Counted from the first letter of the stretch, positions 8,380-17,610 are shown. The stretch is DNA of 64,000 nucleotides from an uncultured Saprospiraceae bacterium (GCA_937934275.1 CALHAM010000024.1:1018-65017); one strand, 5' to 3'. Notes: generated by a model from the letters alone, not told the origin. Translations and numbers: made by a program.

Positions 8380-9924
8380 TTAGGGCTTTTGGTCGGACAG
8401 TTGGCGCAAGTAGGCTTCCCAGCTGCTTTGCGCTTTACCTTTGAGCACGCGCGGGATTTTAGCCTGCCCATTCATTTTGCCGTGTTGGTCGAGCCATTGG
8501 TAAAAGACCTGATGAGGCAGCAGCGTTACGCGGACATCGCGCAGGGCATATTGGCGCTCGATGCGGTAGTCGTCATTAATGTGCTTCAGTTGTTCGTCTA
8601 AAAGTTGAGCACACTGCTGTGGGTTGTGAGCATTGGGGGCCTCAGCACTAATATACCAATGGTGTGCCCAATGGGCGCCGAAGGGTTCGGCAGCCACGGC
8701 AAATTCCTTGACACCTAAGTGCAGTTGAGCATCGGCAGCGCGCAGGGCGGCGTTGAGGTTGTCTACCGACACATGTTCGCCCGTTACGCTTAGGAAGTGC
8801 TTCGTGCGTCCGGTAATGCGGAACAGCAGGCTCTCGGTATCGGTAAACTCGAGGGTATCGCCCAGCAGGTAGCGCCAGCAGCCTGCTTCAGTGCTCAGCA
8901 GCAAGGCGTACGGGCGGCCGGCCTCAATTTCGGGCAGCCAAAGGGCCTCGGCGTTGGGCCGGAGGTTGCCTTCGTCGTCGAAATTAGCGCCGTCGAAGGG
9001 CACAAATTCGAAAAAGATGCCGGCATTGACGGCCAGTTGATGCAGGCGCTTATTGGGCCAGCGCTGGTAGCCGATGAAGCCTTCGGAGGCCAAGTAGCTG
9101 TCCACATATTGTACGGGTCGGCCCAGCAGTTGCTCGAAGGTGGGCTGATACGGCTCAAAGAAGATGCCGCTGTGCAACAACAGCGAGAAATTGGGCCACA
9201 GCTCATGGATGTGCTTCAGGCCGTAGCGCTCCACAATGCGCTCTAAGATCATTTGCACCCAAGCCACATTGCCTACGATGAAGCCAATGTCCCATTGCGG
9301 AGCGCGCTGCGCAATGCACTCGATGCGTTTGCCCCAATCGGTGATATCGGTAATGTCGCGCTCAGGGCGGTAGTACTGTTTGAGCCAGAAAGGGCGGTTG
9401 AGGGCAATGATACCCGACAAATCGCCTACCCAGTGCTGGCCTTCGCGCTGCAGTTGGGTGGTGCTGCCCACCATGAGCATTTGTTTGGTAAAGAGGTCGG
9501 CGGGTAAGTGGAAGTGCGCCATGTCGAAGAAAACCTGCCGCGACAGCCGACTCATGGAGCGAATGAGGTCGCGCGTAACGGGCACGTACTTGGAAGCCGC
9601 ATTGGAAGTGCCACTGCTTAGCGCATACCAGGGCACAATACCCGGCCAGCATATGTTCGCCTCGTCGGCTCGAGAGCGATGCCACCATTCGCCGTAAATT
9701 TTTTCGTAATCGTGGATGGGCACACAAGTGCGAAAAGCGCTAACGGGGTCGCGTCGCCAAAGCATGGGAGCAAAACCGTAATACCGCCCAAAAGCTGTAT
9801 GTGCCGCCGCAGCCAATAGGCGCAGCAAAACTTTGCGTTGCCGAACCACCGGCGATTGACGGCGCACCGTGCGAACAGCGCCCAATCGAATACCGGTTTT
9901 GATAACATGTCCTACAAATCGCAT
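8380..9924 (-). CDS. GH3 family (auxin-responsive-promoter/acyl-acid amido synthetase-like) adenylate-forming enzyme
   Basis: 514 aa. P-loop-like GH3 motif YALSSGTSNAASKYVPVT, plus GYQRWP...FFEFVP and C-terminal RITGRTKHFLSVTGEHVS. Length is typical of bacterial GH3 homologs. Confidence 0.8.
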   Translation of the reverse strand: MRFVGHVIKTGIRLGAVRTVRRQSPVVRQRKVLLRLLAAAAHTAFGRYYGFAPMLWRRDPVSAFRTCVPIHDYEKIYGEWWHRSRADEANICWPGIVPWYALSSGTSNAASKYVPVTRDLIRSMSRLSRQVFFDMAHFHLPADLFTKQMLMVGSTTQLQREGQHWVGDLSGIIALNRPFWLKQYYRPERDITDITDWGKRIECIAQRAPQWDIGFIVGNVAWVQMILERIVERYGLKHIHELWPNFSLLLHSGIFFEPYQPTFEQLLGRPVQYVDSYLASEGFIGYQRWPNKRLHQLAVNAGIFFEFVPFDGANFDDEGNLRPNAEALWLPEIEAGRPYALLLSTEAGCWRYLLGDTLEFTDTESLLFRITGRTKHFLSVTGEHVSVDNLNAALRAADAQLHLGVKEFAVAAEPFGAHWAHHWYISAEAPNAHNPQQCAQLLDEQLKHINDDYRIERQYALRDVRVTLLPHQVFYQWLDQHGKMNGQAKIPRVLKGKAQSSWEAYLRQLSDQKP

Positions 9925-9952
9925 AAGGGATTGATTTTTAATAATTTAAGTT

Positions 9953-9960
9953 CAAATGTA
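9953..9960 (-). promoter_or_regulatory. Candidate -7 promoter element (TAnnTTTG) for the GH3 gene
   Basis: The minus strand reads TACATTTG, 28 nt upstream of the ATG at 9924, in an AT-rich intergenic region. Confidence 0.35.
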
Positions 9961-10128
9961 ACGGTTTTCAGGGCCACGGCCACTGCTCCAAACAAGCCAA
10001 AGATACGACGACGATCGCATTGCTTGCATTTCGGCTAACGCAGAATACCACTCTGAGCAGCAAGCACTTATTGCTATTCGCTCTCAAAAGCAATCAATTT
10101 CTTTGGTCAAAAAGCGGTATACACAATA

Positions 10129-10136
10129 TACCTTTG
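10129..10136 (+). promoter_or_regulatory. Candidate -7 promoter element (TAnnTTTG) for the kinase operon
   Basis: TACCTTTG, 37 nt upstream of the GTG at 10174. A TTTG at 10102-10105 could be the -33 element, but its 23-nt spacing is longer than the usual 19-21. Confidence 0.35.
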
Positions 10137-10173
10137 GGCTTGTTTCGTTTAACGGCCATAAGAAGCGTATTCT

Positions 10174-12336
10174 GTGAAGACATCCCTGCCTTCAAACCTA
10201 TGGGAACCGCTGGAGCAAACCTTTAATACTATTGCTCATCTTCCCTTCCCTATTTACGCCAGCCGCTACGAGGATGGCCAATTCCTCTTGGCGAATAAGC
10301 CAGCGAGAGAGTTCTTTGGCTTTTCGGACGGCGAAGATGTGAGCAACCACCAAGTGCGCACTTTTTATGAAAATGAAAAGGAGCGCGTCCGCGTACTGAG
10401 CGTTATCCGAGAAACCCCTGCCGGCAGTTGGAGCCAGCGGGTGCGCGTTCGCCTGAAGATTGGCGGCAATACTCGCCGAATTCACTACATCTCTCAAGTT
10501 TTCTGCGACGAGAACAAAGAGCCTCAAGCCCTACTTTGCATCGCGCTCAATGTAGCCGAAAGCGAGTGGTTTGCCGGCTTTGAAGAGGATGCCCGAGAAG
10601 GCCTATTCGAAACGGAGGGCTATCGGATTGCGGACTGCAACGCGGCCTTTGCTGCCATGGTGGGCCTAAAGCGCGAGGAGATGCTGAAGAAGAATGTCCA
10701 AGAATTGCTGTGGCCCGAAGAGTCGTTAGAGGGTCTTGTCGCCCTCATTGAGCAAGAAAAGGAGCTGCACCGCCACAACGTCAAGCTGCGCCGGAGCAAC
10801 GGAGCCATGCTCATTGCCCAGCTGAGCTGCCGCGGCCAGTTCAACGAGGCTAGAAAATTAGCGGGAGTCAGCGGGATGATTTACGACGTCATCTCAGAAA
10901 CGGTTCAAAGCGACCTACCTGTGGGCGTTTTCCTCGTCAGCACCAACGAGCACGGCGAAGAAATTGTCGCCTACGCCAGCGAAGCTTACGCCAAAGTACT
11001 CGGCTACGAAAATGCCCAAGCGATTATTGGCCAACCTATCCGAAAATTTCACCCCAGCGATGCCTCCTACGAAGTGTTCAAGAATGCTTTAGACCAACAG
11101 GCAAGTAAAGACCTGCCTCTGCTTGACCACTACATGGAAGTTCGCGATCGCCACGGCAGAAAGCGCAGCATCGTGGTCAATGTGCGCTACGTACAAGGGC
11201 AAAAACGAAAAATTCGCGTAGGTGCCATTTACGATTTAACCGGCCACATCAATGAGCAGCTGCGGGTACTGAAGAACAATTTCGGCGCTATTCTACACAC
11301 CTATCTCTCTACGATAAGCAGCTTGCGCCGGACGCTCCAAGAGGTGATTCGAGCACGGGGCGAAAATTGGCAGTTTAAGGCCGGCCACCGATTTGACTAC
11401 GAAATGGCGCGGGTTGAGTTGACAAACGGTCTAAAGCGCTTATCTGCACGCATGGAAGAACTGCATCGAGTAGCGGCCGAGCGCCGCTACAGCAAAGAGG
11501 ATGCCCTCCTCCGTTTGCAGCACTCTCTTAACAAACTCAGCACGTTTGGCACCTCGCAAGAGCGCGATAAAGACAACGCCGCCGCCTGCCGCCAGTTACT
11601 GCTTCAAATGCGGCGCCATCTCTTGCAACTTGGCGACCTCAACCTCCCGCGCGAGCCGCTGCGCAACCTGCGCGCTGAAATAGAAGATCTCCTCAGCCTC
11701 TCTAACACCATATCGCTGGCTGTTGCCTCCGAGGAATTGAGCGATCGCATCCTGGACTTCGAGTACTTCCGAAACTTCCTCCGTGGCCAAGAGCCTCAAG
11801 AGGCGGATTTCGAAGTGCTCAACCTGACCGATTTAGTCCTCGACGTAACTCGCGCCCTGGAGGAATTCGCCGCTCTCCGAGGAGTGGATGTCCGCAAAGA
11901 ATTCAACCGCCGCGAGCGCATCCCCGTGCGAGCGCACAAGGCCCTGCTCAACCGCGCCTTACACAGCTTATTGCACAACGCCATCAAATACAGCTGGTCG
12001 AAAAGTGAAGAGCGCCACTCATGGGTAACTCTCTGCATCGAGCCAAACAAACGCGAGGGCCTCGTCCACATCACCATCGAAAACTGGGGCGTACCCATCC
12101 GAAAAGAGGAACTCGAAACCGGCTCCATCTTCGAATTCGGCACGCGCGGAAAAGAGTCCGACGACCGAAACCGGTCCGGCACCGGCATCGGACTGTACGA
12201 CGCCAACGACATCATTCAGCGCCACAGAGGCACCTTGAAACTCACCTCCGAGCCGACTTTCGGCAATCCGCCAAACGTCTATTCTAATCCCTTCATCACA
12301 CGCGTTTACATCACTCTGCCTATCGCTAACGTATGA
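10174..12336 (+). CDS. Cytoplasmic multi-PAS sensor histidine kinase with non-canonical dimerisation/phosphoacceptor region
   Basis: 720 aa with a GTG start and no TM segments. Three PAS-like segments (FPIYASRYEDGQFLLANKPAREFFG; GLFETEGYRIADCNAAFAAMVG; VGVFLVSTNEHGEEIVAYASEAYAKVLG). C-terminal HATPase_c with N-box LLHNAIKYS and G-boxes SGTGIGLYDANDI. No classical H-E-L-R-T-P H-box is visible. Confidence 0.8.
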   Translation: MKTSLPSNLWEPLEQTFNTIAHLPFPIYASRYEDGQFLLANKPAREFFGFSDGEDVSNHQVRTFYENEKERVRVLSVIRETPAGSWSQRVRVRLKIGGNTRRIHYISQVFCDENKEPQALLCIALNVAESEWFAGFEEDAREGLFETEGYRIADCNAAFAAMVGLKREEMLKKNVQELLWPEESLEGLVALIEQEKELHRHNVKLRRSNGAMLIAQLSCRGQFNEARKLAGVSGMIYDVISETVQSDLPVGVFLVSTNEHGEEIVAYASEAYAKVLGYENAQAIIGQPIRKFHPSDASYEVFKNALDQQASKDLPLLDHYMEVRDRHGRKRSIVVNVRYVQGQKRKIRVGAIYDLTGHINEQLRVLKNNFGAILHTYLSTISSLRRTLQEVIRARGENWQFKAGHRFDYEMARVELTNGLKRLSARMEELHRVAAERRYSKEDALLRLQHSLNKLSTFGTSQERDKDNAAACRQLLLQMRRHLLQLGDLNLPREPLRNLRAEIEDLLSLSNTISLAVASEELSDRILDFEYFRNFLRGQEPQEADFEVLNLTDLVLDVTRALEEFAALRGVDVRKEFNRRERIPVRAHKALLNRALHSLLHNAIKYSWSKSEERHSWVTLCIEPNKREGLVHITIENWGVPIRKEELETGSIFEFGTRGKESDDRNRSGTGIGLYDANDIIQRHRGTLKLTSEPTFGNPPNVYSNPFITRVYITLPIANV

Positions 12337-12791
12337 ACAGCAAAATCTTTAAACTTCTATGGGTGGACAATGATCTTTATGAGGACCTCAACGAACTGCG
12401 CATTGCACTGCTGCTCAACGATGAGTTTGAGGCCGACTTTGCCCTCAATGCCACCGAAGGTTTCAACCTACTGCGCCAAAAAGCGTACGACATAGCCGTC
12501 ATAGATCTCCGCATGCCACCTGGCCGCCACGACGATTGGAAAAAATACGAGGTCAACGGATCTGAACAATACGGCTATGCCCTGCTGAAAGAGGTTACCG
12601 AACAGCGCAACCCGCTTTTCTCGCACTTGGAGAAGACCCGTTTCTGCGTCTACTCCATCGAAAATCCTCAGGACGTGCGGCAGTTGTTCGAACCGCCTAT
12701 TGCTCTACCCCGTGAACATTACTGTCAAAAGACAGATCGGGTAAGCAGCGATGATTTTTTAAATTTTCTCAAGGGCCTTCTGCGGTTATGA
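12333..12791 (+). CDS. Stand-alone response-regulator receiver domain protein
   Basis: 152 aa. Its ATG overlaps the kinase stop (ATGA). Acidic pocket LLWVDND, phospho-acceptor context DIAVIDLRMP, conserved Ser (CVYSIEN) and Lys (CQKTD). No output domain. Confidence 0.7.
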   Translation: MNSKIFKLLWVDNDLYEDLNELRIALLLNDEFEADFALNATEGFNLLRQKAYDIAVIDLRMPPGRHDDWKKYEVNGSEQYGYALLKEVTEQRNPLFSHLEKTRFCVYSIENPQDVRQLFEPPIALPREHYCQKTDRVSSDDFLNFLKGLLRL

Positions 12792-14101
12792 CACCGATGT
12801 TCCTCTTCTTCAACGGAGGTTGGCTCAACGAAGAGTGGCTGTCTACGGCAGCTGCCATTGCCATTACCTTCATCGTGTTCGTTATTGGAGTGCCGTTTTT
12901 TATCTTACAGACATTCCTTGCTGGAAATCTTCGAGACGTATATCAGGCACGCACTGGGAAAAATGGATTCCGGTTCCTTATCTGTGGCATCTTCGTAACA
13001 ATTCTCATTTTTTTATTGGGTAATCCCGCACTCGTGAGAGCAGAAATGCATTATTTGGGAAATACAGAAGATCATTGGATACTCTCAGTGGTAGTCATTA
13101 TTCTTCTCGCCTTTATTCTGGTGATGGGCATCGTGTATCTATCGAAGAATTTTCGCTCTGCCCATAGTATTGAAGATAATCTATCGAAATTGGTAGTAAA
13201 AGCGGCCATTGAGCATTATCGGGCAGAGGACACTAAGCAGTTCTCTCGAGACATCGAGCACTTGAGCATTTTGGCCGCAGAAATTCGCAGCGGAGCGCCC
13301 AAAAAGTACTTCTTAGAACAAATCGAGATTCTAATCGAAAAAATCACCTCTCATACAGCATCTACTCAGAAGTTTTCTTGGGGTACTGTTTTTTCTGCAC
13401 CACTTCGCTTTGCGAAGCAACTATTAGCCAGACCAAAAGCCGAGCAAGCCCCTCCACCAAAGCTTGAGCGTTACTCAACCTTAAAGCGAATTCTCCAAGA
13501 GGTAGTGGCCACTAGCGGGAAAAACGGCCCAGACAAAGTGTCTTCGGAAAACCGAAAACAGGTGCTCGACTTGCTCATTTACACATACCACAAAGCGCTC
13601 AAAAATACCGACCACTCCTATCTAAGTGTTACCATCAGCCATTGCATAAAAGAAGTTGGATTGGCTGCCTTAAAACACGAAGATGCTCCTGCGGTCACAG
13701 ACGCTATAGAGAAATTAGCCGATTCAAGTAACCGATACCAAAACCTGTACATCTTAGCCAATGCTGCCTTTTTTGAAAAAAAATACGTTAAACCTATCAT
13801 TACCGCTTTAAGAAAGTTAGAAACCGCGCTGCGCCGCTTGGAGCCAACGGATGCAATGAGCAAGGAAAAGCAGGAAACGCTTTATTATTGGCTGGGCCTG
13901 TTGGCCAACCTGCACACTAAGCCAGGGTCCACTCGCACTTATGCTGTTCGGCAACTGACTAAGTTCGAGACGCTGTTGAAGGAAGAGACTTTCAATCAGG
14001 CTTCCGAGTATTTTGCCGACACGATGGGCTATTTTGATACTGCCGACTCTGTGCGCGCGCTTAAAAACGGTTGGTTTTCAATAGGCGAACAAAATCGGTA
14101 G
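12788..14101 (+). CDS. Membrane-anchored all-alpha protein of unknown function (three N-terminal TM helices plus about 300-aa helical cytoplasmic/periplasmic domain)
   Basis: 437 aa. ATGA overlap with the receiver gene. TM helices AAAIAITFIVFVIGVPFFILQTFL, FLICGIFVTILIFLLGNPAL and WILSVVVIILLAFILVMGIVYL. I recognise no family motif. The coding sequence is AT-shifted. Confidence 0.6.
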   Translation: MTPMFLFFNGGWLNEEWLSTAAAIAITFIVFVIGVPFFILQTFLAGNLRDVYQARTGKNGFRFLICGIFVTILIFLLGNPALVRAEMHYLGNTEDHWILSVVVIILLAFILVMGIVYLSKNFRSAHSIEDNLSKLVVKAAIEHYRAEDTKQFSRDIEHLSILAAEIRSGAPKKYFLEQIEILIEKITSHTASTQKFSWGTVFSAPLRFAKQLLARPKAEQAPPPKLERYSTLKRILQEVVATSGKNGPDKVSSENRKQVLDLLIYTYHKALKNTDHSYLSVTISHCIKEVGLAALKHEDAPAVTDAIEKLADSSNRYQNLYILANAAFFEKKYVKPIITALRKLETALRRLEPTDAMSKEKQETLYYWLGLLANLHTKPGSTRTYAVRQLTKFETLLKEETFNQASEYFADTMGYFDTADSVRALKNGWFSIGEQNR

Positions 14102-14138
14102 CCTTGCAGTAAGAAAGTGGAAGCAGCAGTAGTGGAGG

Positions 14139-16043
14139 TCATCGCTCCAGCTCCAACACCAAGGGGGTGAAAGCCTGCATCGTTAGCGGCCGGTTCAGAG
14201 GCACCGTTTGGCCGCTCAACACGTCGCGCCCGGTTCGGAAGCCTTGGAGGCGCTCGGCAAAGCGCTCGAATTCGAGCAAGCGCTCTTCCTTAGCGGTGTT
14301 GAGCACGACCATGATGGTTTGGGCATCGTTGTAGCGAAAATAGACGTACACGCCGCGCTCGGGCACAAAGTGCATGAGCCGACCGGCATAAAGCGCTGAG
14401 GTGCGGTAGCGGTAGTGCAGGAGGGTGCGCAGGAAGTGGAAGGCTTCGTTTTCTTGTGGGGTGCGGCCCTCCGCAGTGAATTTGTTAATAGGGTCTTCGG
14501 GCCAGCCGCCAGGGAAGTCTTTGCGGATATTGCCGTGTGAGGGCGCCTCAAAGCCCGTACTTAAGATTTCTGTGCCGTAGTAAAGCTGCGGGATGCCGCG
14601 CGTGGTGAGCAGCCAGGCGATGCCGCACTTCCAGCGGTTGAGGTCTTCGCCCACGGTGGAGAAAAAGCGAGTAAGATCGTGGTTGTCCACGAAGACGACG
14701 TTGCGCGTGGGGTCTTCGTAGAAGTAGTCTTTGGCAAAGGTGTAATAAAGGCGTGCGACGCCCTCTGTCCAGGTTTGCTCGCGCGTAAGGGCTTCGTGAA
14801 AGGCAAAGCAAAGCTGGAAATCGAGCACACTGGGCAGGTTAGAGTCAAAATTCGCGCGGCGCATGGGCTGGTTATCGGCGAAAAAGCCCTGTGGGATGAC
14901 GCCGTGCTCCCAGATTTCGCCGAAGAGGAAGAGGCTAGGGTATTCCGAGCGCAGAGCGCTGCAGAATTGGCTCATGAAGGCCTGGTCGGGGTAGGTATAG
15001 GTATCAATGCGGAAGGCGTCAATGCCGGCGTATTCAACCCACCAGAGGGCCTGCTGGATGAGGTAGTTGGCTACGTGTGGATTTTGCTGGTTGAGGTCGG
15101 GCATAGTGGGCACAAACCAGCCGTTAGAGAAGCGCTTGCGGTCGTAGTCGGAGGCGTAGGGGTCGAGCAGTGTCGTAGCGCGGTAGTTGGTTTGCGTCAT
15201 GGAAGGCCAGATGTTTACCCAGTCGCGCATGGGCAGGTCGCGCATCCAGTAGTGATGACTGCCGATGTGGTTGGGCACGACATCTCGAATCACTTTGAGG
15301 CCGCGCTGATGGCAAGCGCGCACGAGTTGGCGATAGAGTTCGTTGGTGCCCAGTCGGCGGTCGATGCGGTACAGGTCGGTGATGGCGTATCCGTGGTAGG
15401 AGGCTTCGGGCTGGTCGTTCTCCAGCTCAGGGTTGAGCCACAAGGCTGTAATGCCCAGGTCTTGGAGGTAATCCAGTCGGTCGAGGATGCCCTTGAGGTC
15501 GCCTCCGTGTCGGCCCAACAAGGCGTCTCGAGCCAGCGTATCGAGCATGCCGGGCACGTTGTCGTTGGAAGGGTCGCCGTTGGCAAAGCGGTCGGGCATG
15601 ACGAGGTAAACGACATCGCGCGGCGTAAGCCCTTGGGCCTTGGGATCGCTGTTTCGAGCCAGGATGGGAAATGCTGCAGTAAAGCGCACCTCAGCGCTAT
15701 CGCGGTGAGTGAAGAGGATGGGCACGGTTTGCGGCGGTGCCTTGGGCGCTATGCTTAAGGTTACAAACAAATAATTAGGGCTATCGCCGCGCACTACGCG
15801 CTCTAAGGTAACGCCGCGCACGCGACCTAAGCGCACATCGAAAGCCTGCAGGCCGGGGCGATGGAATAAGATTTCCACCCGGTTGTGGCGCATACCTGTC
15901 CACCAGTTCGGTGGCTCCATGCGGTAAGTGCCCAGCACAGCCGGCACTACCTTGCGCTGCTCTACCGCAGGCAACTGGGCGTGATTGGCGCCTAACCCGG
16001 CAAGCCCGAGGAGCAGCCAGCACAGAGCGGTTGTTTTTTTCAT
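14139..16043 (-). CDS. Secreted GH13 alpha-amylase-family glycosidase (cyclomaltodextrinase/neopullulanase-like, with Cyc-maltodext_N-type N-terminal domain)
   Basis: GH13 regions I-IV: DVVPNHIG, GIDAFRIDTYTY, LFGEIWE and FVDNHDLTRF. The likely start is the ATG at 16043 (MKKTTALCWLLLGLAGLGA signal peptide). The track ORF extends to 16241 and would overlap the next gene. Confidence 0.85.
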   Translation of the reverse strand: MKKTTALCWLLLGLAGLGANHAQLPAVEQRKVVPAVLGTYRMEPPNWWTGMRHNRVEILFHRPGLQAFDVRLGRVRGVTLERVVRGDSPNYLFVTLSIAPKAPPQTVPILFTHRDSAEVRFTAAFPILARNSDPKAQGLTPRDVVYLVMPDRFANGDPSNDNVPGMLDTLARDALLGRHGGDLKGILDRLDYLQDLGITALWLNPELENDQPEASYHGYAITDLYRIDRRLGTNELYRQLVRACHQRGLKVIRDVVPNHIGSHHYWMRDLPMRDWVNIWPSMTQTNYRATTLLDPYASDYDRKRFSNGWFVPTMPDLNQQNPHVANYLIQQALWWVEYAGIDAFRIDTYTYPDQAFMSQFCSALRSEYPSLFLFGEIWEHGVIPQGFFADNQPMRRANFDSNLPSVLDFQLCFAFHEALTREQTWTEGVARLYYTFAKDYFYEDPTRNVVFVDNHDLTRFFSTVGEDLNRWKCGIAWLLTTRGIPQLYYGTEILSTGFEAPSHGNIRKDFPGGWPEDPINKFTAEGRTPQENEAFHFLRTLLHYRYRTSALYAGRLMHFVPERGVYVYFRYNDAQTIMVVLNTAKEERLLEFERFAERLQGFRTGRDVLSGQTVPLNRPLTMQAFTPLVLELER

Positions 16044-16120
16044 CACTAAAAGCCGTTTTGTTACAAATGAGCCAACTGCTTGCCGCTGCACGCGCTTTTT
16101 TTTCTTCTCCTTTTCGCCCC

Positions 16121-16615
16121 TCATTTCCCTTCGATAATACGCCCATCGGGCATCAACTCCATCTCGCGCATGCGCGAAGTCGTCGGGTCGAAGGAGTCGT
16201 CTAAGCTCGACGCCTCGCCCTCCGCGATGAAGATGTTCCAATCTTCATCAATGGTGGCCATGGCGCGCTGCACCTTATCGCCGCTAACACGCGTGTAGGC
16301 AATGACGCGCCGGTCGATGAGCTCGCCCTTGGGTGTAAAGGTTGCTAAGACATATTCGTAGACCAAAAGACCAGCCTTCCACCACACCACAGCGGCAAAA
16401 TGGCTGGTGCCCTCGATGGCAAAGCAAGGGACGTATTCCACCAGTTCTCTGGCCTCGGCGGCATTTTCTTCAAAAGGTTGGATAAACTGCGCACACAGGA
16501 TTTCGGGCAGAGGTTTGTTTTCCTGCGAAAAGATGTGATGCGTATCTTCGCCCAACACCACAGGCATGGGAATGAGAGGGAAGCGCTCGATGAATGCGGA
16601 GAATGCGTTAGACAT
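16121..16615 (-). CDS. Hypothetical cytoplasmic protein
   Basis: 164-aa ORF with an ATG start and no overlap with neighbours once the amylase start is trimmed. No recognisable motif. Confidence 0.45.
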   Translation of the reverse strand: MSNAFSAFIERFPLIPMPVVLGEDTHHIFSQENKPLPEILCAQFIQPFEENAAEARELVEYVPCFAIEGTSHFAAVVWWKAGLLVYEYVLATFTPKGELIDRRVIAYTRVSGDKVQRAMATIDEDWNIFIAEGEASSLDDSFDPTTSRMREMELMPDGRIIEGK

Positions 16616-16769
16616 AAGGCAAAGGTAGGGCAGTTGAGGGCTATAAAAGGTCGTGCGCCGCCAATAAGAAGCCGCTGCTGAAGACTTTGCTGCAACTTAA
16701 GGCAGGCACAATGAAAAGAATTAATCTAACGGCTGATTTAAAACGGCACGGCACCCTCGAAAAGCCGTT

Positions 16770-16777
16770 TAGTTTTG
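16770..16777 (+). promoter_or_regulatory. Candidate -7 promoter element (TAnnTTTG) for the exbB-exbD-exbD-tonB operon
   Basis: TAGTTTTG, 32 nt upstream of the GTG at 16810. Confidence 0.35.
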
Positions 16778-16809
16778 CCCACAGAAATCACTAACCTGCT
16801 GCCATTGTC

Positions 16810-17595
16810 GTGAAAAACATCAACGCAAAACTCGCTTACATCGTTCTGCCGCTTTCGGTAGTGGTGGGCTACCTCGTGTACACCTACGTAGCGGGCAATC
16901 CAGCCAATTTTGTAGACGGCGACCCCAAGGGCCAAGCGCGCAACATGTTGGGCACTATTTACCAAGGGGGAATGCTTGTCATTCCACTGTTGAGCTTTCA
17001 ATTCATCGCCTTGGTATACATCATTGAGCGCTACCTAACGCTGCGCATGTCGCGCGGACGAGGAGACCTGCGCGATTTTATTCTCAAGGTAAAAAGCGCA
17101 CTGTCGGAGGGCAACTATGAACGGCTACTCCAATTGAGCGACCAACAGCGCGGTGCGGTGGGCAATGTCGTCAGAACGGGCACCGAAGTGTTCTTGAGCC
17201 GAAAACCTACAGAGCAGGTAGATCAAAAAGACATCTACCTCATCCAGAAAGAGCTAGAAGAGGCAACGCAGTTGGAGGTCTCGGAGCTGACGACCAACAT
17301 GTTCATCTTAGGCACGGTAGCGCAGATATCTACCTTAGTAGGGCTGTTGGGTACGGTAACGGGTATGATTCAGGCCTTTGCCGCTTTAGCGCGGGTAGGC
17401 GAACCGGACCCCGTGGGCCTGGCTGGCGGCATTTCTCAAGCCCTCGTAACTACCGCTGTGGGCATTACCACGGCGGCGTTCACCATTGTTTTCTATAACT
17501 CGTTCAACAACCAAATCGAGCGCATTACCTACACCATCGACGAGGTATGTTTCAGCATTATTCACAGCCTGAAACTCAGGTTTTTCGTAGACTAA
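16810..17595 (+). CDS. exbB: MotA/TolQ/ExbB proton-channel family protein (ExbB)
   Basis: 261 aa with a GTG start. Canonical C-terminal hairpin ISTLVGLLGTVTGMIQAF...GGISQALVTTAVGITTAAFTIVFYN. Followed by two exbD genes and tonB. Confidence 0.85.
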   Translation: MKNINAKLAYIVLPLSVVVGYLVYTYVAGNPANFVDGDPKGQARNMLGTIYQGGMLVIPLLSFQFIALVYIIERYLTLRMSRGRGDLRDFILKVKSALSEGNYERLLQLSDQQRGAVGNVVRTGTEVFLSRKPTEQVDQKDIYLIQKELEEATQLEVSELTTNMFILGTVAQISTLVGLLGTVTGMIQAFAALARVGEPDPVGLAGGISQALVTTAVGITTAAFTIVFYNSFNNQIERITYTIDEVCFSIIHSLKLRFFVD

Positions 17596-17610
17596 AAAAA
17601 TGGACCGGCC

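Noticed and set aside
14679-15758. 359-aa plus-strand ORF
   Set aside because: It is antisense to the GH13 gene, which shows all four conserved GH13 regions. The composition is Val/Gly/Ala-rich and it has no signal peptide or motifs.
16044-16241. N-terminal extensions of track ORFs. Examples are 14139-16241, 21696-23171, 19694-20398, 29903-33019, 41170-42207, 43640-44641 and 59926-61386.
   Set aside because: In each case an internal ATG gives a proper signal peptide or a conserved family N-terminus and removes an overlap with the upstream gene. Some track starts are TTG or GTG codons, for example 29717, 34001, 35663, 49101 and 55048. The shorter coordinates were used.
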